Of a stretch of DNA of 64,000 bases, positions 46,535 to 56,487 are shown piece after piece; positions within the stretch are counted from its first letter, which is position 1, and the number at the start of each line of letters is the position of its first letter. The stretch comes from a virus. The notes beneath the pieces are model-generated. The model was not told the origin of the DNA. It saw nothing but the letters and a program-made list of their open reading frames with translations, and did not search any database. Location: IMG/VR virus record IMGVR_UViG_3300032293_001706, positions 126,553 to 190,552 of that record. One strand, given 5' to 3'. A program made the translations under genes and the position numbers.

Positions 46535-47806
46535 ATGGAAAAATCAATTTCAAAATTAGTAAACAGATTCATTAATGAATCTTTCGTAGATATTACAGAT
46601 AAAACTGCAGAAGAAGCATTTAAAGAAGTTACTGAAAGGTTACACGGTAAACAACACAAGTTGGATGTCGCAAAACCAAAAGGAAAAATTACAAAGGCGG
46701 ATTTTGACATGTTAAGAAAAAGAAAAAAATCTGGTAAACATATGGAAGAAGCCGAAACTGAAGAAGGTAATGAATTTACAGGTGAATTGGCAAAGGCTAG
46801 AAAAGAAGGTAAAGACACATTTAAGGTAGGTGATAAAACATATCCTGTAAAAGAAAATGTGAATAGAAAAATTGAAAGAATCATTGAAAGAAGAAAAAGA
46901 GAATTGGAAGAAAAATCTGAAGATAGCGTTGACGTTATTAAAACAGGTTCTTACCACGGTAAAGACCTAAAAGAACTTCAAAGAGAATTGGCTTCAATGA
47001 ATTCAAAAATTGATAAGTATGAGGAAGATGGTAAAGAAGTACCAGGAAGATTAAAAAGAGAATTACAACAGATTAAAAACGCTATTAAATTCAAAAGAAA
47101 AAATTTGAAAGAAAATAAAGTTATATTCACAGAGTCACAATTAATTGATTTTATTGAAAGAATTGTTGAGTCTGAGATTAAAACAGATAAAGAAACTTCT
47201 AAGAGTTTAAATACGTCTAAGAAAGTTAATAGCGATGCAATAAATTCCGTTGTTAATAAAATGAAAGACTATATGAAAAATATGGGTACAGAATACAATC
47301 CAAACTCTGAAAGTTTTCCTAAAGGAAATGAAAAAATGGCAAGACAAGGAAAAGATGGTGAAGTAACTGATGGGGTTAAGAAAGCATATAAAGCGTCTCC
47401 AAGTATTGAAGAATATATAGAAAATTTTACAGCGGCAGGACTTGAAAATATAGATTACGACAATATAAAACCTAATGAAGATTGGGTAACAGATAATATT
47501 GAAGGGTCTTCAAGAACAGGAAATAATCCTGAATGGGCAAATGCGGTTGAAACACCTGTTAATAAGAAAATAAATGAAAAAAGAAAGAAAAATCTTTTGG
47601 CGGTACTTAAAAAACAGGCATACAATAAATCACCACAACCTGTTCATTCTGATGAAGCAGGAGAATCAGTTCCAAGTTCATTAGCAGGAGCAAAGAATGC
47701 GGAAGTTAATAAGATAATGACAAGTGAATCATTAAAAGCGAAAAAAGTTATTAATGAGATGGAAAAAATGAAAAACTTGTTTAACTATAATCAAAAAACA
47801 CAGTAA
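46535..47806 (+). CDS. Large charged hypothetical protein (probable head-associated)
   Basis: FINES and VIFTESQLIDFIERIVES motifs; TATTTAT at 46515-21. Confidence 0.55.
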   Translation: MEKSISKLVNRFINESFVDITDKTAEEAFKEVTERLHGKQHKLDVAKPKGKITKADFDMLRKRKKSGKHMEEAETEEGNEFTGELAKARKEGKDTFKVGDKTYPVKENVNRKIERIIERRKRELEEKSEDSVDVIKTGSYHGKDLKELQRELASMNSKIDKYEEDGKEVPGRLKRELQQIKNAIKFKRKNLKENKVIFTESQLIDFIERIVESEIKTDKETSKSLNTSKKVNSDAINSVVNKMKDYMKNMGTEYNPNSESFPKGNEKMARQGKDGEVTDGVKKAYKASPSIEEYIENFTAAGLENIDYDNIKPNEDWVTDNIEGSSRTGNNPEWANAVETPVNKKINEKRKKNLLAVLKKQAYNKSPQPVHSDEAGESVPSSLAGAKNAEVNKIMTSESLKAKKVINEMEKMKNLFNYNQKTQ

Positions 47807-47850
47807 AAATAATATTTTCTTTAATTGGTCCATACTTATATTTCATAATA

Positions 47851-48339
47851 ATGGAAATGAAGTATAATATGGACCAATTTTTTAATTGGTTAACCAAACC
47901 AATGTCACCCGAAGAAATTGATGCTTGGTATAAAGCAAATAACATTATTCTTGAGGTTAGTGACTTGTTTAAAGACTTTTGTTTTTCTCTTTTAAAATTA
48001 ATAGAGGAAACTTATTTGGGTGATGAAGATAATGAAAAAAATGTAACAACGATTGGTCTAACACAAGAAGATAAATTATCGCATTTCACATGGTGTTGGA
48101 AAAAAACAATTAATAATTTTGAGAAAGAAAATATTATCTTTATCGATAATAAAGAAACATTTGAATATTTTAAAGTTTTCTTTATGGAGGTGTTTTATAA
48201 CCAAACACAGGACGAGATTAAGAAGTCTTTAACTAGTTTTTTCACTCAAATTTTCGATAAGAATACAAGAAGAAGTAAATCAGATGTTGAAATGTTTACG
48301 GAGCTGTATAAGTCATTAGAAAGAAGCTTACAAATTTAA
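47851..48339 (+). CDS. Hypothetical protein
   Basis: Intact 162-aa ORF. Confidence 0.55.
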   Translation: MEMKYNMDQFFNWLTKPMSPEEIDAWYKANNIILEVSDLFKDFCFSLLKLIEETYLGDEDNEKNVTTIGLTQEDKLSHFTWCWKKTINNFEKENIIFIDNKETFEYFKVFFMEVFYNQTQDEIKKSLTSFFTQIFDKNTRRSKSDVEMFTELYKSLERSLQI

Positions 48340-48394
48340 TAATTCTATTTACATTATACCATAAAAATTTAACTTTAAATACAAACAAATAACT

Positions 48395-48571
48395 ATGGAA
48401 ACATTAGAACAAATCAAACTCCTAATTGAAACTTTGTCAACAGACACCAATAAGTTTTATCAAGGTAATCAATCCGCAGGAACAAGAGCAAGAAAACAAT
48501 GTCAAGAATTGAAGGCTCTTGCGCAGAAATTAAGAACCGAGATATTGGAAGAAAGAAAAAATGATAACTAA
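48395..48571 (+). CDS. Hc1 (histone H1-like) family nucleoid protein
   Basis: METLEQIK...GNQSAGTRARKQCQELKALAQKLR; GNxxAGTRARK is the Hc1-family core. Not in the ORF track. Confidence 0.75.
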   Translation: METLEQIKLLIETLSTDTNKFYQGNQSAGTRARKQCQELKALAQKLRTEILEERKNDN

Positions 48572-48749
48572 TTTACTGTCAAATATCAGTCTTTTTGTTT
48601 TTGTTTTTACCTTCTTGGTATTGATAAGGTTTATTTTCAAATTTATAAGTTCCCTCGTATCCTATGAAAAAATGACAATAGAAATGAGGGAACTTATTTT
48701 TTATGGTATTTGTTTGTCTTATGTTATTACATATATTTTTAGAGTATGA
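48561..48749 (+). CDS. Small two-TM protein
   Basis: Two hydrophobic segments; overlapping starts and stops. Confidence 0.5.
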   Translation: MITNLLSNISLFVFVFTFLVLIRFIFKFISSLVSYEKMTIEMRELIFYGICLSYVITYIFRV

Positions 48750-49147
48750 GTTTATATAAAGAAATTGAAAATATTATTGAATACACCAACTCAATTAGAA
48801 AACTTGAAAAATATTTAAGTTTTGATATCGTATTCCCCGCAACTTGGTCAATTTTAAAGACTCAAGTTGATGAAACAAAAACCGTTTTTCATAAAACTGA
48901 TGAAAAAGGTAAAACAGTTTCATTTTTATCTGATTTGAATGAAGAATCTGTAACAGAAACCGTTGGCAGAATTGAAAAGATAATTACATATAATAAAGAA
49001 AAAGAGGAAAAACAAAGATTGTTTAACTTAAAAGTAACCGAGCTTAAAAATCTCTTTGAGAAAGAAGGATTGGATGAATTAAAAAGCTTAAAATTTGATT
49101 TAGATGAAACGCCAAAACTCGGAGGAGCCGAAGAACCAATACCTTGA
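48746..49147 (+). CDS. Hypothetical protein
   Basis: ATGA-coupled ORF. Confidence 0.55.
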   Translation: MSLYKEIENIIEYTNSIRKLEKYLSFDIVFPATWSILKTQVDETKTVFHKTDEKGKTVSFLSDLNEESVTETVGRIEKIITYNKEKEEKQRLFNLKVTELKNLFEKEGLDELKSLKFDLDETPKLGGAEEPIP

Positions 49148-49328
49148 TAGGTTGTTAACCACATATGAAAAATCAAAAGAATCGGATTCTTTTGAAATAA
49201 AAAAATATAAGACTGAAATCATTAATGATATCAGAAAATTAAATAAAGAAGAGATTGTAAATACACTTAAAGAAGATAAGAAAATTACAATATGGATGAG
49301 AATAAAGAAAACACTAGGAATTGGTTAA
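49104..49328 (+). CDS. Hypothetical protein
   Basis: Overlapping ORF in an operon-like run. Confidence 0.45.
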   Translation: MKRQNSEEPKNQYLDRLLTTYEKSKESDSFEIKKYKTEIINDIRKLNKEEIVNTLKEDKKITIWMRIKKTLGIG

Positions 49329-49516
49329 ATGATTTGGCGACTATTGTTGAATCTATTGAAAAAACTTTTATTTCTGAAAATTGTAAGATAGTTGTGGAAT
49401 TAGAAGAAGAAAAGTTCAGAAAATTTCAAAAAAATTTTAGGGATATTGATAAAATTAACGATGAAATCGTGGTTGTAATCGATAAGGTTGAATTTACTTT
49501 CTTTCTGAAAAAGTAG
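49292..49516 (+). CDS. Hypothetical protein
   Basis: Overlapping ORF in an operon-like run. Confidence 0.45.
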   Translation: MDENKENTRNWLNDLATIVESIEKTFISENCKIVVELEEEKFRKFQKNFRDIDKINDEIVVVIDKVEFTFFLKK

Positions 49517-50135
49517 TACTTTGTCTGTATAATCTTTTTTTATCAACACCATTCTTTTCAAGTAACTCATATAGATATTTTCTATGAGCCGTATCAAGGT
49601 CCTTAACAAATAACCCATCACTTCTTTTTTCACTTACCATATATTCTTGTAAAACATATAGGAACCTTTCCGATTCTTTTATGTTTTTCATTGAAAAAAT
49701 GTTTATCTGGTCGTCAATTTGAACGACAACTTTATTATTTATGGTGTATATACTTTTAAGTTCTTTTGTTTTAAAATAAAACGAAATGAATTGTTCAAAA
49801 GTAATTCTTTTATTTTTATTCCAGTCAAATATTTTTTCGGGAATATTATAATCTTCAAGACGTAATATCTTATAATCAGAATCAACAAGTTCCAACTTTA
49901 AGTTTCGACCCAATTCATCTTGTTTATATTCTAATATGTTCAAATTATCGTTTAATGACAATAATAATAATTCGTGTTTTACTTCATTTGCATTTTCAAC
50001 CTCTAAACCGAATTTAACCTTTTTTGATTCTTCTATTTTTTTATTAAAATACGATTCGGCTTTCTTTTTTGTTATAAAAGATTTGAAAATTTTTTTTCTT
50101 TTCTTATTTTTAAACAATACAACTAAATAGTTCAC
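49494..50135 (-). CDS. Hypothetical protein
   Basis: 213-aa open frame in AT-rich DNA. Confidence 0.6.
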   Translation of the reverse strand: MNYLVVLFKNKKRKKIFKSFITKKKAESYFNKKIEESKKVKFGLEVENANEVKHELLLLSLNDNLNILEYKQDELGRNLKLELVDSDYKILRLEDYNIPEKIFDWNKNKRITFEQFISFYFKTKELKSIYTINNKVVVQIDDQINIFSMKNIKESERFLYVLQEYMVSEKRSDGLFVKDLDTAHRKYLYELLEKNGVDKKRLYRQSTTFSERK

Positions 50136-50136
50136 A

Positions 50137-51117
50137 ATGAAAGATTACTATAAAATATTAGGAATTAAAGAGGATACAAGTCAAGCTGAGATAAAAAAAA
50201 CTTACAGAAGTTTATCTAAACAATATCATCCTGATGTTAACCCTGAAGGTAAAGAAAAATTTCAGGAAATATCCGAAGCATATAACATTATTGGTGACGA
50301 AAATAAGAGAAAACAATATGATGAGGAAAGAAAAAATCCATATTCACATAATGAATTTGGAGACCTTTCAGACCTAATTAATAGAGGATTCAACCCATTT
50401 ACCCAACAAAGAAGACAAAGAGCACCAGATAAGGTCGTAACATTGAATTTAACGGCATTTGAATCGTTTTTAGGGGTAAAGAAAGATTTAAAGTTTCAAA
50501 GAAAAGAATCTTGTAACACTTGTAATGGCCAAGGTGGTGAGAGAATTAAATGTAATGATTGTTCTGGTTTCGGTGTTAAACAAAGTAGGAGTCAAGTAGG
50601 CGGAATGATATACATCCAAAACGTTACATGTTCATCATGCCAAGGATTTGGTTATTCATTAACTAATGTGTGTTTTAATTGTTCAGGACAAGGTGTGAAG
50701 GATAGTTTATCTTCAATAACTATAGATATCCCAAAATCTGTAGATGACGGTGATTTTTTAAGAGTTCCAAATTCAGGTGATTTTAGACCTAATTTGGGGG
50801 TGGGTGACTTGATAGTACAGATTAAGATAATTAATGACGGAAAACATCAAAAAATGGGTCAAAATCTTTATTATAATTTAATGTTATCACCTGAAGATAT
50901 TTTTAAGAAAAAAGACATCAAATTAGAACATCCTGAAGGACAATTAATGATTAAATTCCCAACAAAATTTAACACTTCAATACCTGTGAGATTAAGAGGT
51001 AAGGGATATTATTTCCAAGAAGGAAGGGGAGATTTTATCATTAAAATCGATATTGATGGTGGTCTATCTAATATAGACGAAGAAAAACTTGAAAAAATTA
51101 GGAATATTTTAGAATAA
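50137..51117 (+). CDS. dnaJ: DnaJ chaperone
   Basis: [11 protein letters not shown] motif, four CxxCxGxG repeats, C-terminal domain. Confidence 0.92.
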   Translation: MKDYYKILGIKEDTSQAEIKKTYRSLSKQYHPDVNPEGKEKFQEISEAYNIIGDENKRKQYDEERKNPYSHNEFGDLSDLINRGFNPFTQQRRQRAPDKVVTLNLTAFESFLGVKKDLKFQRKESCNTCNGQGGERIKCNDCSGFGVKQSRSQVGGMIYIQNVTCSSCQGFGYSLTNVCFNCSGQGVKDSLSSITIDIPKSVDDGDFLRVPNSGDFRPNLGVGDLIVQIKIINDGKHQKMGQNLYYNLMLSPEDIFKKKDIKLEHPEGQLMIKFPTKFNTSIPVRLRGKGYYFQEGRGDFIIKIDIDGGLSNIDEEKLEKIRNILE

Positions 51118-51246
51118 AGACATAATGTACTTTATGATAAAAACAGTACCAACCAATGATGTTATTAATAAATAAACTGAAAAAGGAATAACAATTTGAT
51201 TATAACTTTTTAAAGTTCTTTTTTTACATTTCTTACAATCGCTCAT
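51109..51246 (-). CDS. 45-aa CxxC plus TM peptide
   Basis: MSDCKKCKK...hydrophobic tail; start taken at the internal ATG 51246. Confidence 0.45.
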   Translation of the reverse strand: MSDCKKCKKRTLKSYNQIVIPFSVYLLITSLVGTVFIIKYIMSLF

Positions 51247-51259
51247 GATATTTATAATT

Positions 51260-51430
51260 ATGAATAATCTAATTTTAGAAGTATTACGTCTATACGTAAA
51301 TGAAAAAGAACAAAAAAAGTTTAAAAAAAATAGAAAATATAAAAAATCGTATTGTTTATCGACACCTTGTAATAAAATGGGTTTCACACAAAAAGCTTCT
51401 TGTCGACCATATAAAAATTGTTATAACTAA
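51260..51430 (+). CDS. 56-aa basic Cys-containing protein
   Basis: YCLSTPCNKMGFTQKASCRPYKNC; TATTTAT at 51249-55. Confidence 0.5.
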   Translation: MNNLILEVLRLYVNEKEQKKFKKNRKYKKSYCLSTPCNKMGFTQKASCRPYKNCYN

Positions 51431-51469
51431 TAATTGCTTTTTTAATTTTTTTTTACTATAATTGAAAAT

Positions 51470-52315
51470 ATGTTAAGCTGGATAGGAGGAAAATCACGTA
51501 TAGGCCGGTGGCTAGTGGAATATTACCCACAAGATATGGAAATATATACTGAAAGTTTTGGTGGTATGATGTGGTCATACTATAATATGGACTTGAGTAA
51601 GTTTCCAAATTTAAAAAAAATCGTATATAACGATTTAAACTTTCTTAATTACAATTTGTTTCTTTGTATACAGAATCCTTCAGAATTAAAAAGGGCTATG
51701 GATGAAATTACGGTACAACAACTCGGTGTAACAAACACACCACCGCAGTTTAAAGAAAAATTCATACAATTTCAAAAAGAATTATTTTCAACCGATTTCA
51801 CGACAACCACACCAAATTATGAAGTTGCGTCAAAATATGTATATATTGTAACAAGTGTATTTTCAGGTTCAAAACCTGAAACATCTTCATTTATTGACCT
51901 TAAAGGAAAATATAAAGCGAAATATCTTTCATTTAAAGACAAGTTAACGAACCCCAAGTGGATTGATTATTTTCTGAAAATAACAGATGTGGAAAACTTA
52001 GATTTTGAAGATTTGATTATGAAATATGATGGTGAAAAAACCTTTCATTATGTGGATGCACCATATTGGAAAACAGAATCATATTATTCAAATCATGATT
52101 TTGATAGGGATGACCATGAAAGATTGTCTTTGGTTTTGAAAAAAATAAGTGGTAAGTTTGCAATGTCGTATTATGATTTTGAGTTATTACATCAATGGTT
52201 CCCTGAAACTGATTTTAGATGGGAAAAGAAAGAATTTGCTAAAGCCGCGGCAGCAAAAAAAGGTAAAACTCAAAATATGGGCGAAGAACTTTTAATTATG
52301 AACTACAATTTGTAA
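51470..52315 (+). CDS. dam: DNA adenine methyltransferase (Dam/D12 class)
   Basis: SWIGGKS, ESFGG, VYNDLN, catalytic DAPY (DPPY variant). Confidence 0.8.
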   Translation: MLSWIGGKSRIGRWLVEYYPQDMEIYTESFGGMMWSYYNMDLSKFPNLKKIVYNDLNFLNYNLFLCIQNPSELKRAMDEITVQQLGVTNTPPQFKEKFIQFQKELFSTDFTTTTPNYEVASKYVYIVTSVFSGSKPETSSFIDLKGKYKAKYLSFKDKLTNPKWIDYFLKITDVENLDFEDLIMKYDGEKTFHYVDAPYWKTESYYSNHDFDRDDHERLSLVLKKISGKFAMSYYDFELLHQWFPETDFRWEKKEFAKAAAAKKGKTQNMGEELLIMNYNL

Positions 52316-52331
52316 GAATCGCAATATTTAT

Positions 52332-54188
52332 ATGGAAAACACAATAGAGATGAGATTAACACCGTTATTGACAAAAGTCATTTTAAAAGAAGTTTCACAA
52401 AAACTAAAAAAAGAACTTATTACTAAGTTTAAACAACAAACAAATGATAATGAAAAAACAATTGACGCTATTATCAATGGGTTTGAAAAATATAAAGAAG
52501 GTTTAGACACCGATAAACGAGATATTACTCGATATGGCTATGATGATTTAAAATCATTGGTTGTCGGTAAAGAAATGGAAAAAAGTGTAAGCGCAACACT
52601 TACCCAATTGAAGAAATCTTGGGATACAAAAAAAGAATCACTTCCTGATGAACAAAAAGGACCATACAGATATGAAAGTTCTGTTTTAAAGAACTTACTT
52701 ACTAAATTCTATGATATTTATCCTTTTATTTCTGAGAAAGAAAGGGACATTAAAAATTATGATTATCTATCATTAACCGAATTCATTAATAAAAATTATG
52801 CTAAAATAATGAATAAGGTTATTAGTGATAAGATGTCAAAAGACCAAGACTTTGTACAGGCAGGTTCAAACCCTGATACACTATTATTTTATACTCAAGC
52901 GTTTATTCAAAATAGAGCCAGAGTACCAAGAGGTACTAAACCAATTTATTTTATGACTTTTCATGAATTGGAACAATTGGTTGATGGTTATCTATCTGAA
53001 GGTGATGAAAATGCTGAAAAATATAAAGAAGATTTGTCAGGTATTGATATTGTTTATGACAAAAATAATCTATTGGTTTTTGCTCCAAAAACCAAAGACC
53101 AATGTGTTAAGTTAAAAAATGGTAGAAGTTGGTGTACAAGTAGAGAAGGTGGAGGAAACTTATATTATAACTATAGACTCAATAACGAAAGAACTCTTTA
53201 TTATGTTATTGACCAAGACAAACCATTTAAGGATTTAAATTATGCTGTAGTTATATTGGTTGACCCTGATGGTAGAAAGTCTCTGGCCGATGGTTCAAAT
53301 TCTGGCAAATATTCAGGACACCAAAATATTCCTTGGAGTGAAATTTCAGATAAATTACCGAAATTGGCTAATTTGGAATCTTTATTTGTACCAAAACCAT
53401 TAACACAAGAAGAAAGACAGTTAATTAAAAAAGTTACAGGTGTTAGAGTTGGTGACAATCCATATGACGCTTTAGGGGATGAACAATCAGTTGAGATGTG
53501 GTTGGAATATAACAGCCCTAAGTTAAATGACACACAATTTGAAAACTTATCAACAGAACTTCAAAAGAAATATATTTCTTTAGGATTTGATTTAACAGGG
53601 TCACAACTTAGAGTTGCATCAGAGTCAGTTTTGAATTATTATATAAATAAGAAAAAAGAAAAATTGGCAAACACATCATTTGATAGGTTATCTGCGGATG
53701 ATATAGAACTTTTAAGTCTACCGATGATGAAAAGATTAAAAGAATCATTGAAAGAAAAATTTGCAGTTAGCTTGGTTACAGGTACTGGTGATAATAAGTC
53801 AATTGATATTAAATTCCCTGAAAGTCCAACGGCTAAATTTATTGCTCTTTATGGTTTTGACGACTTCTTTAATTTGTTACCTAAAGATATTGTAAGACTT
53901 GAAATTAGCGGTACAGCCAATAAAGCATTCCCGATACCTAGTACAATTTCTGAACTTGAAAATTTACAAGGTATTCTTATTGAAGGGCTTGTTTCTGAGG
54001 TTCCTGATGAAATATGCAAGTTGAATAATCTAAAATACTTATCACTTCAGAACAGTACAACTTTGAAATCACTTCCAGACTGTATGGCAAATATGAAAAA
54101 CCTTAGATTGATGAGTATTAGGGGTTGTCCAAATCTTGTTTTATCCGATAATTTAAAATCTAAGATTAAGATTTACGACAGTAACTAA
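52332..54188 (+). CDS. Hypothetical protein with 'WCT' domain and C-terminal leucine-rich repeats
   Basis: PKTKDQCVKL..GRSWCTS...LYYVID; LRRs PSTISELENLQGI..PDEICKLNNLKYLSL..LKSLPDCMANMKNLRLMSI. Confidence 0.6.
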   Translation: MENTIEMRLTPLLTKVILKEVSQKLKKELITKFKQQTNDNEKTIDAIINGFEKYKEGLDTDKRDITRYGYDDLKSLVVGKEMEKSVSATLTQLKKSWDTKKESLPDEQKGPYRYESSVLKNLLTKFYDIYPFISEKERDIKNYDYLSLTEFINKNYAKIMNKVISDKMSKDQDFVQAGSNPDTLLFYTQAFIQNRARVPRGTKPIYFMTFHELEQLVDGYLSEGDENAEKYKEDLSGIDIVYDKNNLLVFAPKTKDQCVKLKNGRSWCTSREGGGNLYYNYRLNNERTLYYVIDQDKPFKDLNYAVVILVDPDGRKSLADGSNSGKYSGHQNIPWSEISDKLPKLANLESLFVPKPLTQEERQLIKKVTGVRVGDNPYDALGDEQSVEMWLEYNSPKLNDTQFENLSTELQKKYISLGFDLTGSQLRVASESVLNYYINKKKEKLANTSFDRLSADDIELLSLPMMKRLKESLKEKFAVSLVTGTGDNKSIDIKFPESPTAKFIALYGFDDFFNLLPKDIVRLEISGTANKAFPIPSTISELENLQGILIEGLVSEVPDEICKLNNLKYLSLQNSTTLKSLPDCMANMKNLRLMSIRGCPNLVLSDNLKSKIKIYDSN

Positions 54189-54199
54189 TAATTTCTAAA

Positions 54200-54466
54200 A
54201 TGAATTTAGACGTTGAAATTTATTTATCAAATTTTAAAGATTTCTTTAAAAGAAATCCTAATGACTTGTTAGAATTAATTGGAGAAACAGACGAACAAAA
54301 ATTTTTTGAACTAGTTGAAGAAAAAGTAATTAAAAATCATGAAAAAGGTGAACAGTTTGAACTCACAAAAAATCAAGTGATTGAAATTATAATTGACTTA
54401 AAAAAATCTAAAATTGTCGATAACACAATAATTGAAACTAACTTTGGAAAAATTTTTTTAAATTAA
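54200..54466 (+). CDS. Hypothetical protein
   Basis: Intact ORF. Confidence 0.5.
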   Translation: MNLDVEIYLSNFKDFFKRNPNDLLELIGETDEQKFFELVEEKVIKNHEKGEQFELTKNQVIEIIIDLKKSKIVDNTIIETNFGKIFLN

Positions 54467-54522
54467 ATTTGAAATTTAATTATTTTAAACTATCATTAAA
54501 CTAAAATTAAGAAAAAAATAAA

Positions 54523-54672
54523 ATGGCAGGAAAATCAAAAACCAGTTCAAGCTTCTCATCTATTTACAAGATTAAACCTAAAGTAAACAGACCTGGAGTT
54601 CACGCAAAAACAAAATCTTCAAACCATAAAAGGTCAAAAAACTATGTGAAAAAGTATCGTGGACAGGGATAA
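54523..54672 (+). CDS. 49-aa basic protein (RPGVHAKTK...YRGQG family)
   Basis: Translated by hand; recurrent small phage-protein motif; not in the ORF track. Confidence 0.6.
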   Translation: MAGKSKTSSSFSSIYKIKPKVNRPGVHAKTKSSNHKRSKNYVKKYRGQG

Positions 54673-54988
54673 CAAACAATTAATACCTAAACATATTTTG
54701 GATATTTATTCTAATATCCATCCTGAAAAACCAATCCCATCTATTTGGGATTTTGGTTTTGTGGAAAAATCAATTTTAAGTATAACAAAAAAAAATCCTT
54801 ATTATGAAACGATAATGAGTGACGGTTCAATACTTGAAACGTATTATCGTACTCCTGAATACGATATTTACATAATTAATTCAATAGAATCCTTTGAATT
54901 ATATTTTTTATATGACTCTGAAGTTAAAGAATCTGTACAAATTGCCGCAAATTTATTTAATAAACATAAAGTTAAAATAGAAGAATAA
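54659..54988 (+). CDS. Hypothetical protein
   Basis: ORF coupled to thioredoxin. Confidence 0.45.
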   Translation: MDRDNKQLIPKHILDIYSNIHPEKPIPSIWDFGFVEKSILSITKKNPYYETIMSDGSILETYYRTPEYDIYIINSIESFELYFLYDSEVKESVQIAANLFNKHKVKIEE

Positions 54989-54989
54989 A

Positions 54990-55304
54990 ATGGAACTAAA
55001 TCCTGAACAACTAAAAGAAAAATTAAATTCAAATGAAAAATTCATTGTGGATTTTTATGGTACGTGGTGTATGCCCTGTAAACAACTTGTACCAATTCTT
55101 GAAAGAGTTAACACAAAACTAAAAGAAGATAAATCAGAAGTGTCAATTTATAAGTTTGATATAGACCAAGATATGGAATTAACGAAATCTTTATCAGTAT
55201 CTGTATTACCAACAATTAAATTTTACTCCAATGGAGAAAACATAAAAACATTTAAAGGTTTAATGAGTGATTTTGCACTTTTAAAAGAAATTGAAACACT
55301 ATAA
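54990..55304 (+). CDS. trxA: Thioredoxin
   Basis: VDFYGTWCMPCK, FDID, SVLPT. Confidence 0.85.
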   Translation: MELNPEQLKEKLNSNEKFIVDFYGTWCMPCKQLVPILERVNTKLKEDKSEVSIYKFDIDQDMELTKSLSVSVLPTIKFYSNGENIKTFKGLMSDFALLKEIETL

Positions 55305-55594
55305 TGAAAAAAATTTTTTTATTTACAATGAAAGGATGTCCACATTGTTTGGATTTAAAAGAAATGTTATATGATGAAGATATTGATTTTGTTGAAAAAG
55401 ACATTGATGAAAATGATTCTGAATATGAAGAATTTAAGTCCATTGTTGACGGAAATGAATATGTACCAGCATTTCTATGTGTCAAAATAGACCAAAATAA
55501 AATTGAAGACTATGCAGCTTTAGTTCCCGAAAGAGATTTTCAGGAACTAAGCGAAGCGGTTGAAATGGTTAAGAATTTCTTAACCAAAGATTAA
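55304..55594 (+). CDS. Glutaredoxin-like protein
   Basis: FTMKGCPHC, YVPAF. Confidence 0.8.
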   Translation: MKKIFLFTMKGCPHCLDLKEMLYDEDIDFVEKDIDENDSEYEEFKSIVDGNEYVPAFLCVKIDQNKIEDYAALVPERDFQELSEAVEMVKNFLTKD

Positions 55595-56457
55595 ACAAAT
55601 CTTATATCTCTAAGTCTATCTCTTTTTAACCAAGAATAGTTAGTGTTTTCCTGTAATATCTCGTTTGAAAAGTTATAATTATCCAAATTCAAATGAGATA
55701 TTACTTTTTCAGGTTCAAAATCAAAAATATCAAGTACTAAACTTTCCACCCAATTCTTATTATATAAGAATGAATTACTTTCTATTGAAAGATTAATGGT
55801 TTCCCAATTTATATCATTAATGCTAGAATCAGTTGATAAATTTATGGTAACATCTTTACAAATATTAGATTCAAAAAGAGTGTGTGCAATATATTTGGAT
55901 AACATGTGAAAATATTTAACACTCCTAATGTCCTTACCAAAAATAGGGTCAGACTTAAAAGTTTTATTTGTGCTTAGTAGTTCAGTATATTCAGATGGAA
56001 TTTCAAGATGTGATTCATTAAAGACCACATTAACATATTTGTTATTTTTAAACACTTTAATGTTAGTATATAATCCTTGACGATTCCAATTTAATATTTG
56101 TTGATATTCATCAAAGGAATCTGTATAATCTTTAAATTCTTTATTATATGTGTTACTATAAAATATAGTAGTAGTTTCTCTTTCAACACCATATGAAACC
56201 ATATCAAACACCTTAACAATTATCCTCATTGATTCGGGTATGGTGTCCATAAAATTGTTAAACAGTTCTGTTAAATTTATTTTTTTTGTTGATGATGTTT
56301 TACCAAAAACAATTAAAAATTCACTTACATTAGAGACACTAATATCTACAAAATGTTTCGGGTTATCAGATTTTATTTCTTCGACAATAGAATTTGCCAG
56401 TAAATTACAAAGGTTTTCACCAAAATAGGGGTTGTAAATCATATTTTCACTAATCAT
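55591..56457 (-). CDS. Degenerate S-adenosylmethionine synthetase (MetK) homologue
   Basis: N- and C-terminal parts align by eye with MetK (NPK..V, V.G..S, GKD.RS...KYIA, FD..P...L.L, W.K.D); HPDK motif and central domain missing. Confidence 0.7.
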   Translation of the reverse strand: MISENMIYNPYFGENLCNLLANSIVEEIKSDNPKHFVDISVSNVSEFLIVFGKTSSTKKINLTELFNNFMDTIPESMRIIVKVFDMVSYGVERETTTIFYSNTYNKEFKDYTDSFDEYQQILNWNRQGLYTNIKVFKNNKYVNVVFNESHLEIPSEYTELLSTNKTFKSDPIFGKDIRSVKYFHMLSKYIAHTLFESNICKDVTINLSTDSSINDINWETINLSIESNSFLYNKNWVESLVLDIFDFEPEKVISHLNLDNYNFSNEILQENTNYSWLKRDRLRDIRFV

Positions 56458-56487
56458 GTGAAAATATTAAAAAATAAATATCATTAG

